Of a stretch of 64,000 nucleotides of DNA, positions 17,818 through 26,684 are shown piece by piece (position 1 is the stretch's first letter; every line of letters starts with the position of its first letter). The position numbers and the translations under genes were made by a program. The notes below the pieces were generated by a model. It ran no database searches. It worked only from the letters and a program-made list of their open reading frames with translations, and was not told where the DNA came from. Location: positions 124,001-188,000 of the IMG/VR virus record IMGVR_UViG_3300025770_000870, one strand, 5' to 3'.

Positions 17818-18078
17818 TTAACAAGATGATCTTGAATATGATGAATCATCGTTTCGAAATCTCGAAATTGATGATTTTGGTGTTGGTGTTACTTTTTTAT
17901 TAATTCGTGGCTCGATATCATTTTCGATACAAAACTTTATATAAACAGATCTTTTCAAATCGCCTGTGTTTATTAAATCTTCACAAGCATCATTAAATTT
18001 TGATTCAAGGTTAGTACCTTCATATCTACCTTTGTAGAATTGTAAAAGTTTTGCTAAAAGTTCTAATTGTTGGTCCAT
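17818..18078 (-). CDS. Hypothetical protein
   Basis: 86 aa ORF tightly packed between nadR and the radical SAM gene. Confidence 0.7.
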   Translation of the reverse strand: MDQQLELLAKLLQFYKGRYEGTNLESKFNDACEDLINTGDLKRSVYIKFCIENDIEPRINKKVTPTPKSSISRFRNDDSSYSRSSC

Positions 18079-18096
18079 TGTGAATTCTTATTTTAG

Positions 18097-19116
18097 TTAT
18101 ATATTAAATTGTGAATTTACAATTTCAATAGATTTGCTTAATCTATCTCTCCAATTACCACCCACTTCTATATAATTACAATTGTACTTTTCCAATTCTG
18201 ATTTAATAACATTATAATGTTCCATCCTTTCTTCTAAAAACTGTCGTGTTCCGTCTTGAACACCATCACAATCAGGTTTCAATAGTAAGTATAAATCATA
18301 ATTACTATTTTTATATACTTTATCTAGTAATATGTTTTCAATACTTTTATAACCATTTGGAAAATACATTTTTGAGAAGAGGTATGTTGTTATATCCTCT
18401 GTATCACAGAATAATAATTTATTGGATGTCTTTATTTTTTGATTTTCCAATTCTTGTCGACCAACAGATATTGGGATAAAGTCTTCTATTCCTATTTTAT
18501 TACCATTTCTTTCAAATACAGTTCTGCCATATTCCTCAACAAAATTTGTGTTATAGTATTTAGCTAAATTTTCACTCATTGTTGATTTCCCAACAGATTC
18601 CGGCCCCATAATAACAATTCTCTTAACGAAGTAGGGTTTTATTTCATCCGGTATAAATTCCCAACTATCAAAGGGGTTAGTTCTTACTTTAGTTCCTGAT
18701 ATAGGAAATTTCTTTCTTTCTTTATCAACTAGATAGTGTTTTATACCCAAATATTTAGCAAAATCATCACCGTAATTCTCAGAAGTGAATACACAATCTA
18801 ATTTACCAACAAATTTATAAACAAATGGAACCCAATAAGAATAAAATTCATCAAGTGATTTACATTCGTGTTCATATTGTGGCATCTCACTATCATCAAC
18901 AGAGTGTATTATGACATTTGGGTTACTTTCATATATTTCTCGTAAAGATTTTACTCTTAATTTACCAGGGATTGTTTGTGTAGGATTATGACAAGCTAAA
19001 ACATGAACAACTTCCGAATTTTCCAAAGCGGTGTCTATTAAATAAAGGTGCCCGGTGTGTAATCCGTAGAATTTACCCAATACTAAACTACTTTTGTACT
19101 TTTTATCCATTTCCAT
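18097..19116 (-). CDS. nadR: Bifunctional NadR-type NMN adenylyltransferase and ribosylnicotinamide kinase
   Basis: GKFYGLHTGH (HxGH), FTSENYG, Walker A GPESVGKST, EEYGR, CDT, YDLYLLLKPD...DGTR; no HTH domain. Confidence 0.92.
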   Translation of the reverse strand: MEMDKKYKSSLVLGKFYGLHTGHLYLIDTALENSEVVHVLACHNPTQTIPGKLRVKSLREIYESNPNVIIHSVDDSEMPQYEHECKSLDEFYSYWVPFVYKFVGKLDCVFTSENYGDDFAKYLGIKHYLVDKERKKFPISGTKVRTNPFDSWEFIPDEIKPYFVKRIVIMGPESVGKSTMSENLAKYYNTNFVEEYGRTVFERNGNKIGIEDFIPISVGRQELENQKIKTSNKLLFCDTEDITTYLFSKMYFPNGYKSIENILLDKVYKNSNYDLYLLLKPDCDGVQDGTRQFLEERMEHYNVIKSELEKYNCNYIEVGGNWRDRLSKSIEIVNSQFNI

Positions 19117-19631
19117 AATCCAATTGATGCTAATATTAAGAATAAACCATATACATATGATGATACGTCTAAGCCATTTGATGAGAATAATACTATTAAT
19201 AGAATGTCATTTATAATCCAAAGAATCCAAGCTTCTATTTTCTTCTTCACTAATAGGAATGTAGCCATAACACCCAATGTCATTACAGCAGAGTCTAGAA
19301 ATGGCATATTACCACCATATTCACTTGTTATACAAAACGTGGTCATGTATAGAATAATGGTGCTGGTTGTTAGATATCCTAATTGCTTTTTATTTAACCA
19401 ACTAATAGCCAATTCTTCTTTTGGTTTGCTCCAGTTTATCCAACCTAGTATAGATTGGACTAGAAATACACCTTGTAAAACTAAATCACCAAGTAAGTTA
19501 TGGTTGTAAAAGATAACAGAGTAAAAGATAACTCCTACGATACCAAATGGCCAACATAATATGTTATCTTTTACTGTTAGAATAACAGCTAGTAACGTGA
19601 ATAAAACAGCTACTGCCTCAATAATATCCAT
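19083..19631 (-). CDS. pnuC: PnuC-family nicotinamide riboside or thiamine transporter
   Basis: Multiple TM helices; CWPFGIVG, GWINW, FLDSAVM, KKKIEAWILWIIND. Confidence 0.92.
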   Translation of the reverse strand: MDIIEAVAVLFTLLAVILTVKDNILCWPFGIVGVIFYSVIFYNHNLLGDLVLQGVFLVQSILGWINWSKPKEELAISWLNKKQLGYLTTSTIILYMTTFCITSEYGGNMPFLDSAVMTLGVMATFLLVKKKIEAWILWIINDILLIVLFSSNGLDVSSYVYGLFLILASIGLWKWIKSTKVV

Positions 19632-21613
19632 TAAATCTTAAATTTAATTGTAGCGAAGAAGTTGAATGGTGGATTAACAAAGAAGTGTCTATCTGTACCA
19701 ACTGCGTATCCATTAGTGTAATAACTTTCATTAGTTATGTTATTTACTCTAATACTTAAACTGTGTTGTTTATAGAATTTATAATCAACTTGAGCATTTA
19801 ATACCACAAAATCTGGTGTTGTGAGTGTGTTCTCCATATCAATATAAGACTCTGAGTGGTACTTCACATCAAATCCAACTCTTATTCTATCTTTTGAATC
19901 TTTAATCACCACACCTTGGTTAATTATCAAATTAGGTGTGTATAATGGACTAAATTCTTTCCCATCATCATTAATTCTGTTATAAGAGTATGATGATGTA
20001 TTAACTAATAATAAGTTAATTTTCTTTTTACTAAATAAACTTAAAGTCATATCTAATTCAATACCACTTCTAAAAGAGTTTTCAACATTAGTCATTAACG
20101 GTAAACCATTTGAACCAATTGCTCCTAATAATGTTATTTCATTTTTGAAATCCATATAGTATAGATTACCTTGTAACTTAAAGTTATCTAATGTTATATT
20201 AGTACCTAATTCATAATCAACAACCGATTCTGGTTTAACATCTATGTAACTAATAGGATCATCTTCTCCCATAAAAATATCATTTCTTGTTGGTTCTCTT
20301 TGTGATTGACCAACAGAAGCATAGAAGTTATAGTGTTTACATTTCGTGAACATTATACCACCTTTTGGGTTGAAGAATGTCCATTCAAATGGTGCCATAT
20401 CCATAGTACCTTGATACTTGAAATCAACGTATCTAACTTGAGCATCTCCGAAAAGAGTAAACTTCTTTATATCATATCCGAATTTAACAAATGATGATAC
20501 TTCGTTTTTAAGTCCTTTATTAGAATATAGTTCATCTGTGTTTGCTAATACAGTCATAGCATGTCGTCTATCATACATATTACCACTAACACCAATATTC
20601 AATCTATATTTATTACCAGTTAAGTTATAGTTAGAGGTTAATCCATAGAAGTTAGAACCTAAATTGAAGTTAAGAACATCATCCCCTCCACCAAGTGGTA
20701 GTAAATCTAATCCCCAATCTCCATCTAATCTATTATAGAAAGCGGTAGTCGTTAAATTTGACTTGTTAAAAAAGTGTTTGTGTTTTAAGATAACCATACT
20801 TTGTGTAAAGTCGTCATTTTCTCTAGTAGTATTATAGTTAGTTCTTGGTTCTGATTTTATATCATCTTCTGAAACTGCGAACCAAGCCATTTCATTAGTT
20901 GTGTGTCCATTGAATGCTGTTATTTTAACAAAATCCTTTTCTCCATAATAACCACCACTTAAAAAGAATGATTGTCCTTCACCACCTGAGTTATATTTGT
21001 ATCCATCACTCGCGTAATTTGAATATCTAGTATAAAAGGCTGTTTTATTTTTTAGTAATCCTGTTGAGTTTTCAATACTAACTCTATAAGTATTAAATGA
21101 TCCATATCCAATTTGTCCTTCTGTTCCTTTCTTTAATCCCGTTGGTGATTCAAAATTAATAGAACCAGCATATGAGGAAACACCGTTTGTTGATGTACCA
21201 ACACCACGTTGTATCTGCATTGACCTAATTGAGTTTGTAAAATCTGGGTAATTTGAGAAATATACACCTTGGTCCTCTGGTTCATTAAGAGGAACCCCAT
21301 CGAGTGTCATATTAATTCTAGTTTGGTCAATACCTCTCAATCTAAAGTAAGTATATCCCATATTGTGACCGCCATCTGTTGATGATGTTACACTTGGTGT
21401 TGTGTTTAATAACAACGGTAATTCTTGTGTATGATACATAACATCTATATCATCTTTACTGATTGTTTTCTGAGTGACTGGTGTTTTAGATCCAGCTCTA
21501 ATTCCTTGTATAGTAACTTCTTCAATTTGCACCATTGATGTGTCAACCTTTAGAGTATCCTGTGAATACGATGTTGATGTTGCTAATAAAAATAAAAATA
21601 GTAATTTCTTCAT
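19631..21613 (-). CDS. TonB-dependent outer-membrane receptor (Bacteroidota vitamin-uptake type)
   Basis: Signal peptide; plug with GYTYFRLRGIDQTRIN...QIQRGVGTSTNG; beta-barrel ending in alternating aromatic residues; 1-nt overlap with pnuC. Confidence 0.92.
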   Translation of the reverse strand: MKKLLFLFLLATSTSYSQDTLKVDTSMVQIEEVTIQGIRAGSKTPVTQKTISKDDIDVMYHTQELPLLLNTTPSVTSSTDGGHNMGYTYFRLRGIDQTRINMTLDGVPLNEPEDQGVYFSNYPDFTNSIRSMQIQRGVGTSTNGVSSYAGSINFESPTGLKKGTEGQIGYGSFNTYRVSIENSTGLLKNKTAFYTRYSNYASDGYKYNSGGEGQSFFLSGGYYGEKDFVKITAFNGHTTNEMAWFAVSEDDIKSEPRTNYNTTRENDDFTQSMVILKHKHFFNKSNLTTTAFYNRLDGDWGLDLLPLGGGDDVLNFNLGSNFYGLTSNYNLTGNKYRLNIGVSGNMYDRRHAMTVLANTDELYSNKGLKNEVSSFVKFGYDIKKFTLFGDAQVRYVDFKYQGTMDMAPFEWTFFNPKGGIMFTKCKHYNFYASVGQSQREPTRNDIFMGEDDPISYIDVKPESVVDYELGTNITLDNFKLQGNLYYMDFKNEITLLGAIGSNGLPLMTNVENSFRSGIELDMTLSLFSKKKINLLLVNTSSYSYNRINDDGKEFSPLYTPNLIINQGVVIKDSKDRIRVGFDVKYHSESYIDMENTLTTPDFVVLNAQVDYKFYKQHSLSIRVNNITNESYYTNGYAVGTDRHFFVNPPFNFFATIKFKI

Positions 21614-21629
21614 ATTTTTTGTTATTGAT

Positions 21630-21989
21630 TTATATTGATTGATTTATTATTGATTCTCTGTTTTCTGATTTAAGATATTCGAAAAAGTCTTTTAGTAAAA
21701 TATTTTCTGTTCCATCATACTCATATTCACTACCACTTCCTATATTCCCATAATTTATATTTGAGTTTTTAAACTCATTAAATTTTTCTTCTAATTTCTT
21801 ACTCATTTCAGTGGATGTATGGATATCAATTGTATTGTCTCTTTCATCTAAGTAAAAAGTGAACAATTTGTTATCTAATCCAGTTCTTTTGTGGTGTACC
21901 GAGACGAATCTTTTACCAAGTACCTCAATATGGTCTGAGTTATCACATTTAAGTTCAATTCCGTAAAATGGTAAGTATAAATTTATCAT
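21630..21989 (-). CDS. Hypothetical protein
   Basis: 119 aa ending SENRESIINQSI, a variant of the RDxKI tag. Confidence 0.7.
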   Translation of the reverse strand: MINLYLPFYGIELKCDNSDHIEVLGKRFVSVHHKRTGLDNKLFTFYLDERDNTIDIHTSTEMSKKLEEKFNEFKNSNINYGNIGSGSEYEYDGTENILLKDFFEYLKSENRESIINQSI

Positions 21990-22009
21990 ATTAGATTAAA
22001 ATTATTTGA

Positions 22010-22798
22010 TTAAATATCATCCTCTTCAAAATCTTGTTCGAAGCTAAGCATCAAATTAGATTCTTCATCTTTAACTAACATAAAGGTTTCGAATATACTG
22101 AATGTGATTTTTTCTCTCTCAGCGTTTATGCAATTTAAAAACCTTTTATTAAAAATAAGGTTAGAACTTCTATCATCTTCTAAGTTATCGACTTCTAAAT
22201 CCCAAGCTGATTTTTCAGAGAAGTTAACAATACCTTTATCGATACCAATATTTATAATTCTCTCTGAGTTAATACTTGAAAGTTTTTTAATATCAGTGAA
22301 ATCATCTTTCGTAAGAGCGAATGACCATTTACTATTTTTTAGATTTAAGTTCTTAGCTAACATTTCTTTATTGATTTCTCTAGTTTCATTATTGTGTTCT
22401 CCACCAACCCAATTAATCTTAAATCGACCACAAGATACTTGGAAATATCTTACTTGATAAATGTCTCTATCATCGGCTGATGGTTTATAATTAAATTCTA
22501 TTGTTACTTTATCCGGATCCTTGATCATACCAAGGTTCTTAACAAATTTCTTGATATTAGGTATGACTAAATCTAATTGATAATCTAGGTCATCGTTTTT
22601 TATGAGAAATTCATCTGTTGGTATTAAATAGTTTTTGAAGGCGAGTAATATATTCTTACCTAAGATAGAATACATTAATACATCATCATTATCTATTTTC
22701 AACCTAACACTATCATCAATAGTTGATAAATCACTTAATTTAGAAACAAATGTATTAAATGTGTCTCCGTTTATTTTAAATTTTACTTTATTCGCCAT
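22010..22798 (-). CDS. Sliding clamp-like protein (T4 gp45-like)
   Basis: 262 aa; two-domain pattern with FALTKDDFTDIKKLSSI; context of clamp loader and PolB. Confidence 0.6.
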   Translation of the reverse strand: MANKVKFKINGDTFNTFVSKLSDLSTIDDSVRLKIDNDDVLMYSILGKNILLAFKNYLIPTDEFLIKNDDLDYQLDLVIPNIKKFVKNLGMIKDPDKVTIEFNYKPSADDRDIYQVRYFQVSCGRFKINWVGGEHNNETREINKEMLAKNLNLKNSKWSFALTKDDFTDIKKLSSINSERIINIGIDKGIVNFSEKSAWDLEVDNLEDDRSSNLIFNKRFLNCINAEREKITFSIFETFMLVKDEESNLMLSFEQDFEEDDI

Positions 22799-22868
22799 TT
22801 CGTAGAAATATTATTACTAAGTATATCATGTAAATCTTTTTTTGTTTAGTTATTTTAATATATATGTT

Positions 22869-23195
22869 ATGGTAAAAAAATGGAATCAATTTATTAGAGA
22901 ATTCATAGAGAACTCGGATAATGTTATCGATATTAAAATGCAAGAGATAAGAACACTTATAAATGGTGTTTCTGATGGCCAGAACATAGTATATGAATGG
23001 GAGAATAAAAATGATCATCAATTAATAGTTAATTTCACTAAAGATGATTTATCTATTAGATATGAATTTGACATCGATAATTTGATAGTTAAAAAAATAG
23101 TTGGTGATACTGTTGATTTCACCAATCAGGCAAAATCCATAAGTGGTGGGTTAATTAATATTGAAAAGGATATACATATGGTTTTAAGTATTTAA
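22869..23195 (+). CDS. Hypothetical protein with CTS-like N-terminus
   Basis: ATG at 22869 gives MVKKWNQFIREFIE, right after a TTTAATATAT motif; the ORF track starts at 22842. Confidence 0.7.
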   Translation: MVKKWNQFIREFIENSDNVIDIKMQEIRTLINGVSDGQNIVYEWENKNDHQLIVNFTKDDLSIRYEFDIDNLIVKKIVGDTVDFTNQAKSISGGLINIEKDIHMVLSI

Positions 23196-23576
23196 GATAG
23201 GTTTAACGTGTTCGTTAATTATTCTTTCAACTTCCTTTAACTTCTTTCTCGTAGTTTTAACATCTAATTGAATTCTCCAATTTCTAACAAGTACATCATC
23301 ATCATCTGGAATTTCTTCGATTATTATATCGAAGTCTTCATCTTCCTTTAAAATTTCAAAGAAATTCTCATCACTTTCAAAAGAAGTCTTAAATTCTTTC
23401 ATTGTCTTTTCATCAATCTGTTGATAAGCACCATAAGGATCTAGAACCTCATATGTACCATTTTCGTTTGGTTCAAATATATGACCTTTTTCATAAATGA
23501 CCTTTTCCTTTGAAAGGCCCATAAAATCAGTCTTTATACACCAATCTTCTTTTGATATAAATCTAGGATACTTCAT
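23184..23576 (-). CDS. Hypothetical protein
   Basis: 130 aa ORF with phage-typical codon usage. Confidence 0.7.
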   Translation of the reverse strand: MKYPRFISKEDWCIKTDFMGLSKEKVIYEKGHIFEPNENGTYEVLDPYGAYQQIDEKTMKEFKTSFESDENFFEILKEDEDFDIIIEEIPDDDDVLVRNWRIQLDVKTTRKKLKEVERIINEHVKPILNT

Positions 23577-23600
23577 TTTTAATTTGTTTTTTATAAAATA

Positions 23601-24098
23601 TTAACTACGACCTAAATAGTTCATTAATTCAATCATATTCTTTATTGAATATGAAAAGCTTTCAAGATTTCTTACGGTGTCTCTTAAAAATTCTATATAT
23701 GATTCTATTAATTCCATACATCTATCATTCTCGGCTAGGTGACCGTCTATTAAAATACCCTTTTCTCCTAAATTGGTTTTCATACCAAAACCCGTTGCAT
23801 AAAAAACAAATTTATCTTGTCTAAGTTTCTTTATCTTAGTCGTTTCTCTACTACGTTTATTTAAAAAGAAGTTAATTTGTTCGTTAATTTGTTGTCTGTG
23901 TGTGAGAGCGTTAGCTTGAGCATCAAGTAATGGTTTAGCATTTGAGGGAATACTTAAATCCAAAGAAAGTACTTGAAATAATGGTTCCACATTTTTATTC
24001 CAATCTGTTCTTTTGTCATTAAAGAAGTCTTCTAATTTATCATTAGTCTCCTTTGCTTTTTTGATTCTCTCTAATTCTTCTTGGTTATATGGGTTCAT
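23601..24098 (-). CDS. UvsY-like recombination mediator
   Basis: Helical 165 aa with a C-terminus IESYIEFLRDTVRNL..FSYSIKNMIELMNYLG resembling UvsY. Confidence 0.55.
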   Translation of the reverse strand: MNPYNQEELERIKKAKETNDKLEDFFNDKRTDWNKNVEPLFQVLSLDLSIPSNAKPLLDAQANALTHRQQINEQINFFLNKRSRETTKIKKLRQDKFVFYATGFGMKTNLGEKGILIDGHLAENDRCMELIESYIEFLRDTVRNLESFSYSIKNMIELMNYLGRS

Positions 24099-24175
24099 AC
24101 TTAAATATTTTTTTCATTTGTTAATCATACCTTTTATGTCTTTATCTATGTTTTGATTTAAATATTTTTCAAAAT

Positions 24176-24454
24176 TTATTTATTTATTTCATCCATAATC
24201 TTTGAGATTTTGAAATCTCTTATGATTTTAATTGTTGAATTATCGATACCCTCATATATATCATTTGATGAGTGACCATTATTATTGATAATATTTAATA
24301 CTGATATTAATGATTCTCCCATCTCATCTAGATGTTGATTGATAATATTCTTCTTATTAATATTATTATTTTTTATATAATCAGAAATTATAATTATATG
24401 TGATGTTAGGTAATCAAGGTATTCATTAATTTCTAACTCTGTTGGTTCTTGCAT
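24176..24454 (-). CDS. Small hypothetical protein with C-terminal RDFKI motif
   Basis: 92 aa ending KIIRDFKISKIMDE. Confidence 0.65.
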   Translation of the reverse strand: MQEPTELEINEYLDYLTSHIIIISDYIKNNNINKKNIINQHLDEMGESLISVLNIINNNGHSSNDIYEGIDNSTIKIIRDFKISKIMDEINK

Positions 24455-24520
24455 ATGTATCGAATTTTATCTAAAAATGGGTATTTTGTTTATTATATAT
24501 ACTAAAAATAAAAGTATCTT

Positions 24521-25252
24521 ATGAGTATAACAATAGGAAACCTTAAAAGGGTTATGAAAAACAAAGGATATAAATGGTATACAGATAGACCTAATATGAT
24601 AGGAGTGAGAACCACATTAGATATACCAGATTCGTTTAATGATTTCTTCTGTATGGTTTATTCTATCCCAGAAATGCCTTCTACTTTATCATTAAAACAA
24701 AAACAATCTTTTTTAAATAATTGGGGATTTATAGGAGCCAATGGTAGAAAATTATCGGAGGATGGTGTTAGTGGTAAAAATACTGATTATGCTATTTCTC
24801 AATATGAATCTAAGAAGGGAAAAGAAGATTTAAAAATATTTCCGAATACAACTAACCCTGGGGTTTATTGGTTAAACCACCCTATGAATAAAATGGGATC
24901 AGCTGTTCTTAAACCTGGTCAATGGGAAGATTGTTGGTCTCGTGGACAACACATAAAGCCTAGTCATAGAGCATTAAGACAAACTGGTAAGATAACAGTT
25001 TATAGAGATAATGATAAAGATAATAATTATGACTTGAATGAGTCTAATACACAAAATGGTTTATTTGGTATAAATATTCATGGTTCTGGTAGAAAGTACC
25101 CTTCTAAACAAATTGGTAAATGGTCTGCTGGTTGTCAAGTTTTCTCTAATTGGGAACATAAAGAGTTTGTGATGGATGTTTGTGATAATTTCAAAGCACA
25201 CACTGGTAATAAATTTACTTATACATTAATAGATGAAGTTGATTTAGTTTAA
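24521..25252 (+). CDS. Putative peptidoglycan hydrolase (YkuD/Tlde1-like fold) with an inserted PG-binding-like module
   Basis: GLFGINIH...WSAGCQV catalytic His/Cys pattern; insert LKQKQSFLNNWGF...DGVSGKNTDYAI. Confidence 0.65.
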   Translation: MSITIGNLKRVMKNKGYKWYTDRPNMIGVRTTLDIPDSFNDFFCMVYSIPEMPSTLSLKQKQSFLNNWGFIGANGRKLSEDGVSGKNTDYAISQYESKKGKEDLKIFPNTTNPGVYWLNHPMNKMGSAVLKPGQWEDCWSRGQHIKPSHRALRQTGKITVYRDNDKDNNYDLNESNTQNGLFGINIHGSGRKYPSKQIGKWSAGCQVFSNWEHKEFVMDVCDNFKAHTGNKFTYTLIDEVDLV

Positions 25253-25266
25253 AACTAAAATAAAGT

Positions 25267-25297
25267 AAAAACCCACTCAGATTTTGAGTGGTTTTTT
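25267..25297. terminator. Bidirectional intrinsic terminator
   Basis: AAAAACCCACTCA-gattt-TGAGTGGTTTTTT. Confidence 0.8.
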
Positions 25298-25619
25298 ATG
25301 CTTTTTTATTTATTTTGTCATATAACTTTTTGAAATGATCTCTTATCATTCTTTTAGTAACTTCTTCTAAAGATAAAATGTTATTAACTTCGTTAAGAAA
25401 ATCTTCTAATCCTAAATCATCCATGAATTCTTTGGTGAATTCTTTGTTTAATTCTCTTAGTATTGTTCTTGAATCTATTTTCTTATCCATGTTCAAAAGT
25501 ATAGAAGTTCTATATTCTTTTAATCTAAATAATAAATTATCATTTATCTGTGATAATGTATTTTCATCCAAATCAGACATTTTTAATTCTTCGTTAAACT
25601 TTTTGAAATTATAAATCAT
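25296..25619 (-). CDS. Hypothetical protein with CTS-like N-terminus
   Basis: Likely start 25619, giving MIYNFKKFNEE; the ORF track starts at 25655. Confidence 0.7.
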   Translation of the reverse strand: MIYNFKKFNEELKMSDLDENTLSQINDNLLFRLKEYRTSILLNMDKKIDSRTILRELNKEFTKEFMDDLGLEDFLNEVNNILSLEEVTKRMIRDHFKKLYDKINKKA

Positions 25620-25623
25620 ATTA

Positions 25624-26526
25624 TTATACTTTTTCGTCAAATAGATAAAGGTCATATAGTGAATTGCCTTTAACTCTTTTAATATTTTTTAATACATCTC
25701 CTGTTATAGAGTCTAATACTTTATAAACTCCTAATTGTGTACCTTTGTCTGTTAAAACTTTAACTGTATTTCCTGGTTGACCAAGTGCTCCTAAAATAGC
25801 AATATATTTATTACCATAAATACTTTTAAGAAAAGACATTCTTAACCCAACCATATCCTTAATATTATTGATATAAGCATTTTCCATTGGGTTTGTTAAA
25901 TCTACTTGACTGTCAGCATCTTTAACTTTAATTATAGCGAATTTTCTATTTTCATCTCCAATAGTAACCTCTTCTCTACTTTGAATCTTATCTTGTTTAA
26001 CAAGGTTTTGTTGGTTTCTTCTTATTTCATTGAAATCAGCACGTGCTATCATACCACCTCTCATTCCTTTATCATTCATATTGTATCCGTTTGGTGGAAG
26101 TCTATAAAATGAACCAGTAAATGTCATTGACAATACTCTATCAGTTCTAAAAAGTCTCCATATCTTATTAATGTGTCTTTTTTGTGATACTGACCAACCA
26201 TTTAAGTGCCATCCTCTAAGTAAAGTCTTACCTTTTGATGACCTACCTAATACCATTGGATATATAACTCTTTCATGGCCAGCAAAATGAGAATCCTTTT
26301 CTCCTTTGTAGTTAAGTAAGAATATCATACCATATTTAATAGCTTTAATCATTAATTCATCCGAATATTTAACTGGTTCGTTAATAGGAATATTTGCTAT
26401 ATCTCTAACATTCTTTAATGAAAATCTAGGAACAAACTCTTGATTTTCAATCAAGTCATATTTTTCTTTAATAATAAACTCAACTGGTTTTGTGTTGTAA
26501 TATGCTCTTACTTGTCTTAAATTCAT
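25624..26526 (-). CDS. WYL-domain-like protein lacking an obvious HTH
   Basis: LNYKG...ERVIYPMVLG...LLRGWHL...IWRLFRTDRVLSM resembles the WYL domain; TTAATATATA at 26531-26540. Confidence 0.6.
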   Translation of the reverse strand: MNLRQVRAYYNTKPVEFIIKEKYDLIENQEFVPRFSLKNVRDIANIPINEPVKYSDELMIKAIKYGMIFLLNYKGEKDSHFAGHERVIYPMVLGRSSKGKTLLRGWHLNGWSVSQKRHINKIWRLFRTDRVLSMTFTGSFYRLPPNGYNMNDKGMRGGMIARADFNEIRRNQQNLVKQDKIQSREEVTIGDENRKFAIIKVKDADSQVDLTNPMENAYINNIKDMVGLRMSFLKSIYGNKYIAILGALGQPGNTVKVLTDKGTQLGVYKVLDSITGDVLKNIKRVKGNSLYDLYLFDEKV

Positions 26527-26542
26527 GTCTTATATATTAAAA

Positions 26543-26684
26543 TTAACCTTTAGCTAAAAAGGATGAGTTGATGAAATAAATATCTTCCCACTCAGGATCA
26601 CGACCACTTGTATTTTTTTAGTAGTATATCATAAACATCTGATTTTATATCATTACTTTCGTTAAATTTTCTTAGATATTTCAT
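26543..26684 (-). pseudogene. Decayed CTS-tagged mini-gene
   Basis: ATG overlapping the upstream TGA gives MKYLRKFNESNDIKSDVYDILLKKYKWS* (26598-26684); another frame past an A7 run continues GRDPEWEDIYFINSSFLAKG*. Confidence 0.5.

Noticed and set aside
21613-21640. TPP or other vitamin riboswitch upstream of the TBDR
   Set aside because: Only 16 nt separate the TBDR from the upstream gene, and no riboswitch consensus is visible.
22830-22860. (C/A)TAAAC-like motif upstream of several replication genes as a middle promoter
   Set aside because: It is short and AT-rich with inconsistent spacing, and cannot be separated from background without a statistical test.
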